From: Octopus vulgaris
Taxonomy: Eukaryota
Reading direction: 5' to 3'
Assembly (NCBI GenBank): GCA_951406725.2
Contig: OX597839.1
Location: 22,072,001 to 22,136,000 of the forward strand
Length of the DNA stretch: 64,000 bases
Below are positions 11,761 through 25,829 of this stretch, in pieces. Within the stretch, counting starts at the first letter, position 1. Each line of letters begins with the position of its first letter. Below the pieces are notes generated by a model that was not told where the DNA came from, searched no databases, and saw only the letters and a program-made list of their open reading frames with translations. A program made the position numbers and the translations under genes.

Positions 11761-12348
11761 TAGCAGTATTGCCCAGCTCAACGGGGGTTTCAAGGAGTCG
11801 CTGGCGATGTATCGTGATCAAAAATCCAGCCTGCTAAAATTTGGTTAAAGTGATTCAAACTGCAGACTCAACGCAAAATGGTCACATTTAATTCAAAGCA
11901 TTAAAAATGTTATGAAAACAATTGGTATGTGTTCACAAAGTTCGAACAATTAATACGAAAAAACCCTCCAGGCTACATCCCGAAAATTCATTTCTTTGCC
12001 GAATTTCTACAATGTTTACGGCGATTCGTTTTTATATCTTGATTTTTTATTTTTCATGCAATTTACGCATGCTTGCACGTGTGGTGAACACAGTTCACGT
12101 CAAACAGCTGACTGAGTAAAGTTCACTATTCAATGCATGGGTTAAGGCCTAAACAAACACATTATCGATTTTTGCACTTGCGAGATGAATTTCGAAACAG
12201 AAATAGCGCAGTTCAATTCTCATTCGCCTAAACTTTAAGTGACCCATTTTTAGTGGTTCTACGATTTGTTGGCTAGGAGGAGATGTGCCGGGAAGTTAAA
12301 CACACAGACACACACACGGACACACAAGTTGAGTTTTATATATATAGA
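11760..12348 (-). mobile_element. non-autonomous Helitron
   Basis: On the - strand: A|TCTATATATATAAAA start, (TG)n near the 5' end, 3' GCAATACTGCTAG|T. Confidence 0.7.
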
Positions 12349-12937
12349 TGTGTGTGTGTGTAATGTCAAACAGTGAGAGTGAGTGTTCAATACTGCATTA
12401 GTGGATAAATATTCTTTATTTGTGGGTTAAAGTATTCTCATCCAAAATGGAGATGAGTACCAACAATTCCAAGTTGTATGCTTGGATAATTGTGAAGACC
12501 TCTTCATGTGAAACCAATGGTTACCTTGTTAACCCACAAAGTATGTATGTACGTGTGTGTATATATATATATATATATATAAAGGGTAAAGACCCCCTTC
12601 GGTCATGAGTGACCATGGGTTTGCACCTAGAGAGTTACCCTCTGAGGCACAAGTCTGGGCAAGGTTGTTTTATGGAAGACCAGTAGTCGCCCATGCATAC
12701 CGGCCTCCCCTCTCCACACCACCAGTGTTATCCAAGGGAAAGACAAAGGTCGATACAGCTTGGCACCAGTAACGTCGCAACTCATTTCTACAGCTGAGTG
12801 AACTGGAGCAACGTGAAATAAAGTGTCTTGCTCAAGAACACAACACGCAGCCCGGTCCGGGATTCGAGCTCACAACCTCACGATCGTAAGCTCGACGCAC
12901 TAACCACTGAGCCATGCGCCTTCACACACACATACAC

Positions 12938-12970
<33 letters not shown>

Positions 12971-13041
12971 TATTTATACAGACACATACTCTCATACACA
13001 TGCAGCTAAATGGATATTTCTCTTTTCTTGTATATTTTCAG

Positions 13042-13616
13042 CTATTCTGACAGTTTTGCATCACAGACATCACTCGATGATTCTTCATGCAGTTCCCCAA
13101 AACCAGGGTCCACAAGGAGCTACCATACAACCAACTCATCTGCCAGTTCCTATAAATCCTTTTCCACATCGCCAATGCTCCGTTGCAAACCCCTCTCCTC
13201 ATCAACACATCCTCTACACAGGAGTAAGAGCTCAGCTTCTCTAATCAATTTCCCTGTCAGGAAGTCATCATGGAGTCCACTTTCTGTTCAGACAAACTTT
13301 CCATCATTTTCTTCTGGAAGTCAGACAGACATTCCCAGTTTTGGCTCCCTTAGCAAAGCATCTGATGGTGCTGGGTTTAACAGATGTCTGAGCCCTTCGC
13401 CTAACTTATTCTCCTCATATTCTTCCCCCATCAAAAGATGTTTTTCTTCCAACGGATCACTGAATCAGTTCAATTCTTCCAACCTCTCTTCTCCTTCTCC
13501 ATTGTCCCATTATCAGTCACTTTCAGATGACCAACACAACAGTATATCAGATAAAATCCTTGGTCTGAAGATGGACAGCATTAACCTTGGACGATCCTTT
13601 AATACCTCTAAATCTA
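13042..13616 (+). CDS. TMEM201: TMEM201 coding exon (Ser/Pro-rich nucleoplasmic region)
   Basis: attttcAG|CTATTC...TCTA|GTaagt, 575 nt open frame, phase 2/1. Confidence 0.87.
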
Positions 13617-14364
13617 GTAAGTTATTTTCCTTTTCTGTGTCTGTGCATCATTTTATGCCTGCTTTCTCTACCGGTTGGGTTTTCACAGATCAAAACAGTT
13701 CTTATTTGGAGTTTATATCCTCTTAGCTTGGATCACCATACCATGCTTGTTATGCTTTCCATGGTCGCATGCCCTTCCTAGCATTAACCACTTTACATAC
13801 TATACTGGGTGCTTTTTATCATATCACCAGCACCAGTGGGGTTACTTTGTTCCCTGCAACACTAAACACTCTCTATTTTATGTTGTGATGCCTCTAAGAC
13901 TGGTTAGAATGGGGCAGAAGATATTCTCAGGCTGGTGACTTCATCCCAAATATTAGCCACAAAGTGGCCTCTGTTGTTAAAGTGACTCCAGGACCCTGTT
14001 TTGGTGTTAAACTAGATAATCTAAGTAGGCCATGGTAGGATTTGAAGTCAAAATAAATACCACAAGGCACCTCATTCTCTGCTCTAATGGTTCTGCCTGT
14101 CCCCTATCTCGGTGTAGTTTCTTATTAACTCCAGAAAGATGAAAGCTAACAGTAGCATCATGGGATCTGAACTCAGAACAGGAGGTGGAATAAATACCGC
14201 AGGGTCAAAGTGTATTTTGTTTCAGGGTTGTACCTTCCCCATACTGTGGCATTGTTGTCTACTTAATCTCACAGCCTCGTTAACAGTTTTAGTCCCATAA
14301 ACTCATAAGGTGCATTAACCCTTTTATTACCGTATTTCTGTTGAAATTTGCTGTTTTGGATTCA

Positions 14365-15294
14365 TCTCTCTATATATAAAAGGCAGTTTGTCTGTCAGGT
14401 TGTACCCTCACCCTGACCATGGCTTTCAACCGATTCTGATGAAACTTGACACACACATAGCCCAATGTCATAATTCAAAACTAACGCAGCGAAAATTTTG
14501 AAAAGTTCCCCCAGTTCTGAAAAAAATCGATAAATTCGACATCGGGTCGAGAATCTAAGCTTATCATATGCAACACATTTTCCGTTGTAGTTTTCGCAAT
14601 TTGCCATCGATTTTCACCAAACTCATGGTGAAGCTTAATGTTACCCTAAGGAACTTAATTCTGACGTTAGTTTTCTATGCAATACCTTACCATCAGAAAA
14701 AATCGATAAAATCATGCCATTTTGGGAAATTGCGTTCAAATTCAAGATGACATATTTTCGACAATATCTTTAACAAATTGGCAGGAATTTTTTTTGAAAT
14801 TCACAGCGAGCATCATGTCTGCTCCAAGGAGCTATATGACCCTTTTGATTCCAATAGGATACGTTATTACTGGAAAAAATCGGTTAATTACATCATATGT
14901 GGCACACATAGCAAACCGATTTTTCTGTGATATTTTTTGAAAGTTCACATAGATTTTCCCTACACCGATGTTGGACATCAAGTTTGCATTAAAGTTTGCA
15001 TCAAACTAACTTATCACCTCTGCCGGTCAAACTCCCAACCCATGCGTTCCCGTCGCGACACTGATCCCGCAGAACTGGGTTGGGTGTGCTAAACAAAACC
15101 AGAAAATGCACTTTGACTGTCATAGATTTTCTTCAAGCATGCAAGGGAACGATGCCTTGAATGCTTTAATGCCTTTTAGGCTTCATTTTACAAAATAACG
15201 GTTCAATGAGTACAAAAAAGGGTAAAAGGGTAAAGGGCATTGCTTATCGACAAAGTTTCTTACATACCCGGGCAACGCCGGGCTATGCTGCTAG
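14365..15294 (+). mobile_element. non-autonomous Helitron
   Basis: A|TC start, subterminal hairpin CCCGGGCAACGCCGGG, CTAG|T end. Confidence 0.8.
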
Positions 15295-15394
15295 TGTTTA
15301 ATATAAATGGTGATATTTATTGAAACTTAGAGCAAAAAGGGACGGAAGCCAACACCAAGAGGTATTCTGCCTGACACTTCCTATTTGCTTTCAG

Positions 15395-15502
15395 GTATGG
15401 GTTCATTCAACAGGTGGCCTCGCAGTCCTTCATCTGTTTTGTCACGAGGGGACATTGCCCCTGCCAGGTTACTCTATGATAGGAAGAACGTCTCACCATC
15501 TG
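15395..15502 (+). CDS. TMEM201: TMEM201 coding exon
   Basis: ctttcAG|GTATGG...TCTG|GTaagt, 108 nt, phase 1/1. RGDIAPARL resembles TMEM201 RPLISPARL. Confidence 0.87.
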
Positions 15503-15869
15503 GTAAGTACTTGTTTGTTTCTCTCTCTCTTTCTTTCTGTTCTCTGGAATGTTCCAGAAAAGCTAATGTAGGGAGGAGTGAAAATATATGGGGGAGATGC
15601 TGGGCGGGGAATGATAGGTGTTAGAAACGAGTGGGGCCAGCTCTGGTTGTCCCTTTAGTATTCAGATATTACTCTGTGAAATCTTCATTTATTCACATTG
15701 TTTTGAATCGATCATGGATTATCTTGTAGCTTTGAGATTTCAATGTGATTGCTTTATTCTTAGAATGACATTGTTGTGAAGCTGGATCTGGCTGGTTTGA
15801 GCATAAAACAAATAAAATATTTGGGCTGGATCTGGCCAGTTTAAAAGCTAAAAGGCTAATGTCTTGAAA

Positions 15870-16170
15870 GATATTGAAGATGTGTGCCAGGCAAATGCCA
15901 AAGACTCAAGGGCCCAGAAATGAGTTCCATATCCACTTTGATTGTTATGAACCACACCTTCAGTTTACACCAACGTGGGGGAGGATCTGGTGCTATTGCC
16001 TTCCGGATGAGTTCTTCATGGGGATGCCGCAATGTGTGACCAACCCACTGCAGCATCGTTGTCAGAAGACTTCCCTCAAGAGGTGAGAGACTGCAGCAAA
16101 CGTAATGTTGTTGGTTCAAAATGCAGTCTGAGATACACATTCTAACTGCACAGTTGTTGGTTTATATCAC
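15870..16170 (-). mobile_element. decayed RTE-like LINE ORF fragment
   Basis: LQWVGHTLRHPHEELIRKAI...WFITIKVDM resembles the post-RT WxGHxxR region. Confidence 0.5.
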
Positions 16171-16351
16171 AGGTGAAATGCATACATATATATAGGTGCA
16201 AGAGTGGCTGGTTGGTGGGTGGCTTGCTTACCAACCGCATGGTTCCTGGTTCAGTCCCACTGCGTGGCACCTTGGGCAGGTGTCTTCTGCTATAGTCTCG
16301 GGCCAGCCAAGGCCTTGTGAGTGGATTTGGTAGACGGACACTGAAAGAAGC

Positions 16352-16411
<60 letters not shown>

Positions 16412-17623
16412 CAGGTGGCATGTATAAAACACCCACTACACTCATGGAGTGGTTGGCATTAGGAAGGGCATCCAGCCGTAGAAACACTGCCAGATCAGAC
16501 TGGAGCCCGGTGCAGCCTCCTGGCTTCCCAGACCCCAGTTGAACCGTCCAACCCATGCTAGCATGGAAAATGGACGTTAAACGATGATGATGATGTAACT
16601 ATGATCAAAACCTTTAAGATTCAATGGCTAAGTCCACCTAAGTACAACACTGAAGTATAATTCTGTGTGTCTGTGTACATACTGCAGTACTTTGACACAA
16701 GTAGATTGTACCTCACTATGGTACCTATTAAGGGATATTAAGAAATATATAAACTGTAGTGAGTTACAGTGCACTTAGTCAAAATCTTCTGGTTAGGAAG
16801 AGTCCATGTGAGTTTATGGAGGTAGTTAGGGTGTAGATTTTACTATTCTGGCAACAGCGATTGTCGACATGTTTTAAGAAAAGGAAGGTTAACCTTTTAG
16901 TATTCAGATCATTGTTAGGGGTCAGCTCTGGCTGGTTTGAACCTGAAACAGAATATTTGGGCTGGATGTGTCTGATTTGATCCTTGAAGCATTTAGATTT
17001 CTCTGTCAAATGTAATCCTTATTTCTCCACATTGTTCTGAATTAATCATGTATTTTCAGTTGCAGCTTTGAGATTTTAATGAGGTGATTGTAAATGCAAG
17101 ACACCTGATTATGCCAGTTTTAATATAAAACAGGTGGATTATTTTGGCTGGACATCATCATCATCATTTAGCGTCCGTTTTCCATGCTAGCATGGGTTGG
17201 ACGGTTTAACTGGGGTCTGGGAAGCCAGAAGGCTGCGCCAGGCCCAGTCAGATTTGGCAGTGTTTCTACGGCTGGATGCCCTTCCTAACGCCAACCACTC
17301 CGTGAGTGTAGTGGGTGCTTTTTACGTGCCACCTGCTCAGGTGCCAGACAGAGCTGGCAAACGACCACAAATGGATGGTGTTTTTTCGTGCCACCGGCAC
17401 GGGGGCCAGGCGAGGCTGGCAACGGACACGAACGGATGGTGCTTTTACGTGCTACCGGCACGGGGGCCAGGCGAGTGGTTTAAATGCTAAACAGTGGCTC
17501 TGTTGCGTAGGTCACTTAACTGTAGAATATTTCTCTTGTTGATTTTGTATTTATTTGTTGTGTCACACCATGTTTGTGTTTATGCCGTGTGTTTTAAACC
17601 ATCTCTCTCTTTCGAATTTCTAG

Positions 17624-17875
17624 GTACGTATCTTGACAAGAACAGCTTATCGTCGTCTAAGTTCTCGTCTTCCAACCAGTTCAACGATACAGCTTCTGTG
17701 TTCTCGGATTCTTTCTCAATTAAACCTTCGGATTCTAAAAGCTGCCATGAGTTTGGTTCTGATGACCAATTTGAGAAATCTGACAGACAAAATGATTTTC
17801 AAAGTTCAATGAAGAAATCAAACACAGATTCTTGTTTAGTAGACAGTACCACAGATAATACCACACGTAGTACAG
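17624..17875 (+). CDS. TMEM201: TMEM201 coding exon
   Basis: tttctAG|GTACGT...ACAG|GTgagt, 252 nt, phase 1/1. SCLVDSTT resembles TCVVDTTT. Confidence 0.86.
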
Positions 17876-19888
17876 GTGAGTGGTGAATTAATTACTACAG
17901 ATTGCACCACATGTAGCACAGGTGAATTAATTAAAGTAGTACAGCAAATAGTGCCACATGTAGCACAGGTAGGTTGTGAACGAAAGTAGTACCATAGGTA
18001 GCTTCAGGTGTGTTAGTTAATTAGTGTTTTCCAGATACACTAAGAATTATTTCAAAACCCAATTTTATTTTATATAAATTTTAAAAATGTGCCATAATCA
18101 CAGCTTCAGGATTCATTGCTAATTGGTGTCTGCCCTGTAAAGAAAACCGAAAAAATATATCTTTAAATATTTCTTTAGAATTTTAAACAGGCATATTGAA
18201 GGAACATTAGCTATACATCCCATGCCGCCCACTCTAAACACAAGTAGAAATCAGCAAGTGCCATCATAGTCACTCCAAATGCTACAAGGTTACATAGATA
18301 TCTCTTGATGAAAGCAGAATTTTGACATAATTTGACACGTTTCTCAGAGACTGGCGCTTCCACAATCACGGTAAACTAAAGTGAGGACCACAGTGGTGTA
18401 ATAACTGCATGTCTTGGATACTGTAAGGCTTATGTACTCAGAGATACTCAACCGCATCTAGTAAATGGACACTCGACTGATTGTCATGAAATCGTTTACC
18501 TACTTTTGCTACCTTAACCCCTTACCCGGCAGAAACGAATATATGCGTTTTGACCGAAATCGTTTTTTTCTATCTCTGGCGAGTTAACTCGTCAAAAGAT
18601 AGACTCGCCAAAATCAACAGCAAACGAGTTCCTTCGTCTAAAAACGGGTTAACTCGTTTCTGCCCAAAGCGGTAATTTAAAATCAATATTATTGAATTAA
18701 AATTCATAATTAATAAGGTTTGAAATATACCTCGAAATCACCATTCAAAACATAGTAAAATAAAACAATTAAAAAATATGTCTGAAAAAATACATTTATT
18801 TTCAAAATAATTGTTGGGTAAGGGGTTAAAAACAAGACGTCCCACAATAAATATATATTCTAAAAAAAAAAATTAAATATCACTTATGAAAAACATTGTA
18901 ATCAGGCTTGTGTTGGTCAAAATAGGTGATTAGTCATCATCATCATCGTTTAACGTCCATTTTAGATGCTGGCATGGGTTGGACGGTTTGACTGGTATAT
19001 ATATATATATATATATATATACACCAGGATCCAATCTGATCTGGCAAGGTTTCTACAGCTGGATGTCCTTCCTAACGCCAGCCACTTCGAGAGTGTAGTG
19101 GGTGCTTTTTACATGCCACTGGCACAGGAGCCAATCAATCAGGTGGGCCTGGCATCAATCATGTTTGGATAATGCTTTTTACATGCCACCGGCACGGGTA
19201 CTGCCACCAGTCACAGGGTACTGACATCAGCCAGGAAAAATCAGACTAAAATGGACACAGCACATCTGTGAGATAATTTCCTGATGCACACTGCATACAC
19301 ACGCATGTAAGCCATGGCTTTGAATCTGCCCAGTGTTATCCCCCTTTGGTATTTGCCAATGTGGAAGTCTAAGGGGCCAGAAACACACACACACATGTGT
19401 TTGTCTGATGACTAATATATGTTCTGTACATTTTCTGCATGGCTCAGTGGTTAGAGCGTCGAGCTTACGATTGTGAGGTTTTGAGCTCGAATCCCGGACC
19501 GGGCTGGGTGTTGTGTTCTCGAGCAAGGCACTTTATTTCATGTTGCTCCAGTTCACTCAGCTGTAGAAATGAGTTGCGACGTCACTGGTGCCAAGTTGTA
19601 TCGGACCCTATGCCTTTCCCTTCGGTAACATTGGTGGGACGGAGAGGAAGGAGGCTGGTATGCATGGGTGGACTGCTGGTCTTCCATAAACAACCTTGCC
19701 CGGACTTGTGTCTAGAAGGGTAACTTTCTAGGTGCAATCCCATGGTCATTCATGACCGAAGGAGGTCTTTACCCTTTTACATTTTCCGCCAAATCTTTTT
19801 CCTCAACTTGTATTTTTTCCAAATGTTTGAATATTTTCCTTTCTTTTCCCGTCTCTTCCTCTAATGTCTTATTTCATCTATTTTTCAG

Positions 19889-20073
19889 CTCCCACAACAA
19901 GTAAAGCAATGTTCCTGGCCTTCAGCATCGCCGTTAATGTTGTCCTCATCCTCATAGTATTACTCAGAGACTTCCCGCTCTCCCTATATTTCTCACGTGC
20001 TGCCACTCAAGCGTCATACTACACCAAGCACGTCACGCATCAGTTGGTTCAGTTCTTTACAGACCACACTTAG
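19889..20073 (+). CDS. TMEM201: TMEM201 terminal coding exon (C-terminal TM helix)
   Basis: tttttcAG|CTCCCA..., TAG at 20071-20073. MFLAFSIAVNVVLILIVLL resembles LLAVSLAANALF. The eight exons total 1935 nt in a single frame. Confidence 0.9.
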
Positions 20074-20159
20074 CTGCAATTATGATGGCTCTGAACCGCA
20101 TCAGTTTCTTTTTGCCATAAACTCTTTTTTTGTTTTTTGCCCATCACTTTATCACACAA

Positions 20160-20165
20160 AATAAA
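20160..20165 (+). promoter_or_regulatory. candidate polyadenylation signal of TMEM201
   Basis: First AATAAA about 90 nt after the stop codon. Further AATAAA motifs occur downstream, so the true 3' end is uncertain. Confidence 0.3.
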
Positions 20166-20372
20166 TCTCTACTGTCAGTTAAGAAAAAGGAAGTTTCTTG
20201 ACTGGAAACAACCAGAATGTTGTGAGATTCTGACTTGGCACTAATTGTGAAGATTTCTTCATCATCGGTTCTTCACAGTTTTCAGACTTTGGTTACAATC
20301 TGCAGCAGAAATTCTCTCTTTGGGCTTCAGAGAATGAAAAATGAAACAGAAAGAAGAAAAAGCAAAAATCCA

Positions 20373-21190
20373 TTAACATTTAGCATTTAAACTGGTCATA
20401 TCTAGTCCAACCTGGTCAGGTCCAGCCTCTCACACCTACCCTACAATACCATTCTAAAAATAAACAATCACATCATTGAAATCTCAAAGATATGAGATAA
20501 TCCCTGATTAACTGAAAACAATGTGAATAAATAAGGATTAGCATTTAACAGAGGAATCTGAATGATTCAGTTGTATCCAGCCATAACATTCTCTTGTTTT
20601 ATATTCACACTGGCCAGCTCCAGCCTCTCACACCCACTCTACAATGTCATTCTAGAAATAAAACAATCCCATCATTGAAATCTCAAGGCTACAAGATAAT
20701 CCATGATTAATTCAAAACAATGTGAATTAATAAGGATTAGCATTTAACAGAGGAATCTGAATGATTCAGTTGTATCCAGCCATAACATTCTTCTTGTTTT
20801 ATATTCACACTGGCCAGCTCCAGCCTCTCACACCCACCCTACAATGTCATTCTAGAAATAAAACAATCCCATCATTGAAATCTCAAGGCTACAAGATAAT
20901 CCATGATTAATTCAAAACAATGTGAATTAATAAGGATTAGCATTTAACAGAGGAATCTAAAGGCTAGAGGGTTCAAGTGACCACGTCCAGCCATATTATT
21001 CTACCCCTGTTTTATGTGGATTCTGACCAGATCCTGCCTCTCATACCTACCCTACAATGTCATTCTAAAAGTAAACAATCGCATCTTCGAAATCTCAAAG
21101 TAATGAGATAATAGATGATTAATTTAAAACAATGTGAATAAATAATGAGCATTATATTTGACGAGGGTAGCCCGAATGGTAACGAGTGAA
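20373..21190. repeat. MITE-derived tandem array (~200-bp period) downstream of the TMEM201 stop
   Basis: taaggattagcatttaacagagg recurs at 20532, 20731 and 20931; the unit matches the MITE at 9814-10042. Confidence 0.8.
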
Positions 21191-21713
21191 ACTGGAATGG
21201 CAAAAAGAAAAACAAAAACGACTAAGATAAAACTATTTAAAGGCCGAGAAAATGTTTGCTGGTTAATAATATAATGACAGTAATTAGCCACACCGGAAAA
21301 TAAGTTAACGATGGGAAAACTTGATTCCAGTTGATGAAAGTATTTTTAAAATCTAATTCAACATGAAGACGATTCATACCTTAAAAAAAAAGGTACAAAC
21401 AAGACATTTGTTGGTGTAAGTGAAAAGCAAAAATGTGTGTGTGTATATATATATACACACACACATGTATGTATATATATAGGTATAAATATGTAATTGT
21501 GTGTGTATGTATGTGTGTGTGTGTATATATATAATGTGTGTGTGTGTGTATGTATATCTATGCATACTGTATATGTCTGTGCATATATATATGTAATTGT
21601 GTGTATGTATATATATGTATTTATATGTATGTATGATGTATTTATGTGTATATATTGTATTTCATTTTATATTCCATTTTTTAAAAAATAAATATACATT
21701 TTATATATGTGTG

Positions 21714-21745
<32 letters not shown>

Positions 21746-24700
21746 CACATAATATATCTATATGAAACATCATTTAGCCTCCGCACTTTTTTTGGGTAGG
21801 ACTAGTATACAAAATATACACACACAAAAACATATCCATATATAAACGTAATATATATATATGTATATGTATATAACATATATATATATATATATATTAT
21901 ATTATGTGATATATTATCATCATCATCAGTGTTTAATGTCCGTTGTCTTCCATACTGGCATGGGTGGGATGGTTTTACAAGAGCTGGCCAGGCAGATGCC
22001 TGCACCAGACATCTGTGGCTGCTTTGGCAGGCTTTTACAGCTGGATGCCCTTTCTAACCCCAACCACTCAGCAGAGTGGATGCTGATGATGATATTAGAT
22101 ATATATTATATATATATATATAAGCACATGTTTTATATGTATATAGTATATGCATTTTTTTTATTTAATGATTGGTGGCACATAAAATACACCAATCCGA
22201 CCGTGGCCGTTGCCAGCCTCGCCTGGCACCTGTGCAGGTGGCACGTAAAAAGCACCCACTACACTCACGGAGTGGTTGACGTTAGGAAGGGCATCCAGCT
22301 GTAGAAACACTGCCAGATCAGACTGGAGCCTGGTGCAGCCTTCTGGCTTCCCAGACCCCAGTTGAACCGTCCAACCCATGCCAGCATGGAAAGTGGACGC
22401 TAAACGATGATGATGATGATGATGATTATAATCTGCCAAAAAAAAATGGCACAAAAACAATTAGACTAATTGAAGTTTGGTTAATTTCGTAATTATCATT
22501 GCTACTACTACTACTACTACCCTAATTATCAACCTGATCGTCATCATGCTCATCATCATCATCATCGTCATGCCCTGGAGCAATGTGAAATAAAGTGTCT
22601 GGCTCAAAAACACAACACACAGCCATGTCTGGGAATTGAACTCACTACCTTGTGATTGAAAGCCTAATGCTCTAACCACTGAGCCATGTGCCTTGGATAA
22701 TAGTAATACTAATGGGGACTACCGTGTCTGACTATGAATGCTATGTGATAATAACTGAGACAAGTTGAACCCATGCCAGCAGTGAAACCAGCAATATCCT
22801 CCTCCTGTAAAATCCTCTTTCCCTGCTGGCATGGGTTGGATGGCTTGACAAGAGCTTGTTTAATGTTGAAATCAACCCGATCTGACCACTTGCACCAACC
22901 CTACAATGTCCTAAAAATAAACAATCCCTGTCTGCCTCTCTATTGTTCCCTCCTTTTTTTTTTTTTTTCCTACAAGCATAACCAAGTACCTCCTCTCTAG
23001 TAAGACATCCATCTCTCTCCCCCTCTTATACTTAAACCTCCCAACCAGCACAAAACCTCCTCCCTCAGTACCAGGCCCTCTTCCAACTGAGAGCTCTTTG
23101 TCTTGTAAACCCTGCTGGGGTGTTGGTGTCACATGAAAAAGCACCCAGTCCACTGTGAAGTGCGTGATCTTAGGAAGGGCATCCAGTTGCAGAGACCATG
23201 CCAAAACGGACAGGTGAAACCAGGTGCAGCTCTGACTGGTCAAGCTCTTGTCAGACCGTCCAACCCATGCCAGCAGGGAACAAGAATGGTAAAGGAGGAT
23301 GATGTTGATGACGAATATTAATGGGTTAATTAATGATTAACTCTGCTTAATTAAAGCTGATTTGGTGCTTGGGGAATTACACTGCCAAATCTGTATGTGG
23401 TCTTTTGGCTTGCAAGAAATGGAAGTGAAATCTCCCTCACATGACAGCTGTCTGATGAAAGGAAGGATACATTTGATAAGGTAATTTGATATATGACGAG
23501 ATGGTCGTGGCTGGAATGTATTTGATATTTCTGTTTAATCAGTATCACTTTTTGGAATGTGGCCATGTTGGAGCATCATTTCAGTTGACCATACTAACCC
23601 TGGGGCTTATTAAAAATCTGCTTTTCTCTTTGTTGAACTGCTAAGTCAGGGTATTTTATCTTTCCAACAGCCCCCACTCTCAGGTTCAGAAACCTTAAAC
23701 CCTTCCTCTCTGTTAATGAACTTATTAAACAGTCCCTAGCCCAGCCTCTTGCAGTTTAATTGTTTCGGACATTAACAGTCACCAGAATGGGCTGGTTTCT
23801 CAAGTCTGTCAAAGAGTTATGTCCCTTGTGGACGGATTCTACAAAATGAGATTTGTTGGAGCTGGACTTCGGACTGTCAGTAACACCACATACGCAATTA
23901 TATATATATATATATACACATCCATCCATCTATCTATCTCCGACCAGCTAGAGATGTCCTTCTGGGGTTAAAAACAACAGTAGCATCGTCCTCTATGGGG
24001 CCGCTACATTTAGTTGGCAATAATATTTTACGATTCCATACTGCTACTGTTTACTTCTCGCTCAGAGACTTCATATTGCTTATTTCTCCTTTTTCGAGAT
24101 CAGCAACAATTTGTCACTGGGAAAAGCATATAGTATTTTGTGTATGGAATGGGTTTTCATGATTATCACACACTGACGACGGGTCATTTGGAGGATGTCA
24201 TGTCCATATACATAAATTTGCATTATTTATGTATTATATATATATATATATATTGTAGAATAAAAAAAAGGAAATCGATCAATGGAAATTGCAGATGTGT
24301 TATCAGTGCCGGTGGCATGTAAGAGAACCTTCCGTTTCGTGACCGTTGCCAGCGCCGCCCCGACTGGCCTCATGCCGGTGGCACGTAAAAAGCACCATCC
24401 GTTCGTGTCCGTTGCCAGCCTCGCCTGGCCCCCGTGCCGGTGGCACATAAAAAGCACCATCCGTTTGTGGCCGTTTGCCAGCTCTGTCTGGCACCTGTGC
24501 AGGTGGCACGTAAAAAGCACCCACTACACTCACGGAGTGGTTGGCGTTAGGAAGGGCATCCAGCCGTAGAAACACTGCCAGATTTGACTGGGCCTGATGA
24601 AGCCTCTTGGCTTCACAGACCCCAGTAGAACCATCCAACCCATGCTAGCATGGAAAACGGACGCTAAACGATGATGATGATGATGATGAAGTTCTTGGTA

Positions 24701-24841
24701 CAGTATTATATACTTGAAAAAATGAGTAGCGATGGCTTTCTTTAGATAATTTTTATTTTAATGATAATGTTTATAGTGAGTGACTCTGGTCTGAGTTTCA
24801 AGGTTCAAATACCCGTTTTCAGACTCTATTCCTTATTAACC

Positions 24842-25072
24842 TATTTCTTTATTACCCACAAGGGGCTAAACATAGAGGGGACAAACAAGGACAGACATAG
24901 GTATTAAGTCGATTACATCAACCCCAGTGCGTAACTGGTACTTAATTTATCGACCCCGAAAGGATGAAAGGCAAAGTCGACCTCGGCGGAATTTGAACTC
25001 AGAACGTAGCGGCAGACGAAATACCGCTCAGCATTTCGTCCGGCGTGCTAACGATTCTGCCAGCTCGCCGCC
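24842..25072 (-). mobile_element. full-length tRNA-derived SINE (Tx1-like tail) with 13-bp TSD
   Basis: TSD ttccttattaacc at 24829-24841 and 25073-25085; head GGCGGCGAGCTGGCAGAATCG, B box GAGTTCAAATTCC. Confidence 0.85.
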
Positions 25073-25829
25073 TTCCTTATTAACCATCGTGGTCAAAAAT
25101 ACAGAGGGGGACAATATAAGTACAGACAAGGGGTCGGGGAACGAATGGTACAACAATATGTTAATTAAAAGTAATGGTGGGTGAGTATGTAATTGGATGA
25201 ATTAACAAAAATGGAGTGAGGAACGTGGCCGACTCAACATTGCAGCACTGAATCCCTGATAGACCTCTTATGTTCTCGCCACTCAAACAGGTTAATTCAT
25301 CATCATCATCGTTTAGCGTCCGTTTTCCATGCTAGCATGAGTTGGACGGTTCTACTGGGGTCTGTGAAGCCAGAAGGCTTCATCAGGCCCAGTCAGATCT
25401 GGCAGTGTTTCTACAGCTGGATGCCCTTCCTAACGCCAACCACTCCGTGAGTGTAGTGGGTGCTTTTTACGTGCCACCCACACAGGTGCCAGACAGAGCT
25501 GGCAAACGGCCACGAACGGATGGTGCTTTTTATGTGCCACCGGCACGAGGGCCAGGCGAGGCTGGCAACGGACACGAAACGGGGCAGTGCTGGTAACGGT
25601 CGTGAAACGGATGGTTCTCTTACATGCCACCGGCACTGGTAACACATCTGCAATTTCCATTGATCGATTTCGATTCTGATCCTCACTTGCCTCAACAGGT
25701 CTTCACAAGTAGAGTTTTGTGTCCCAAGAAGGGAAGGTATGCATACGTAGGCTGGCTCCATCCCATGTAGAAGGCCACGGGTTATGGACTCTCTTGTCCT
25801 GCCGGGTCTTACTTTGTCACACTCAACAA

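Noticed and set aside
13617-13726. C-terminal extension of the 238-aa ORF as a stand-alone gene
   Set aside because: A strong GTAAGT donor at 13617 and a phase-compatible next exon show it is an internal TMEM201 exon with intron read-through.
19438-19505. tRNA-Arg(ACG) gene
   Set aside because: A tRNA-like head that continues into a multi-copy SINE body, with no proper acceptor stem or terminator.
24170-24210. CTGACGA core
   Set aside because: No downstream GAAA or UH; truncated by a microsatellite.
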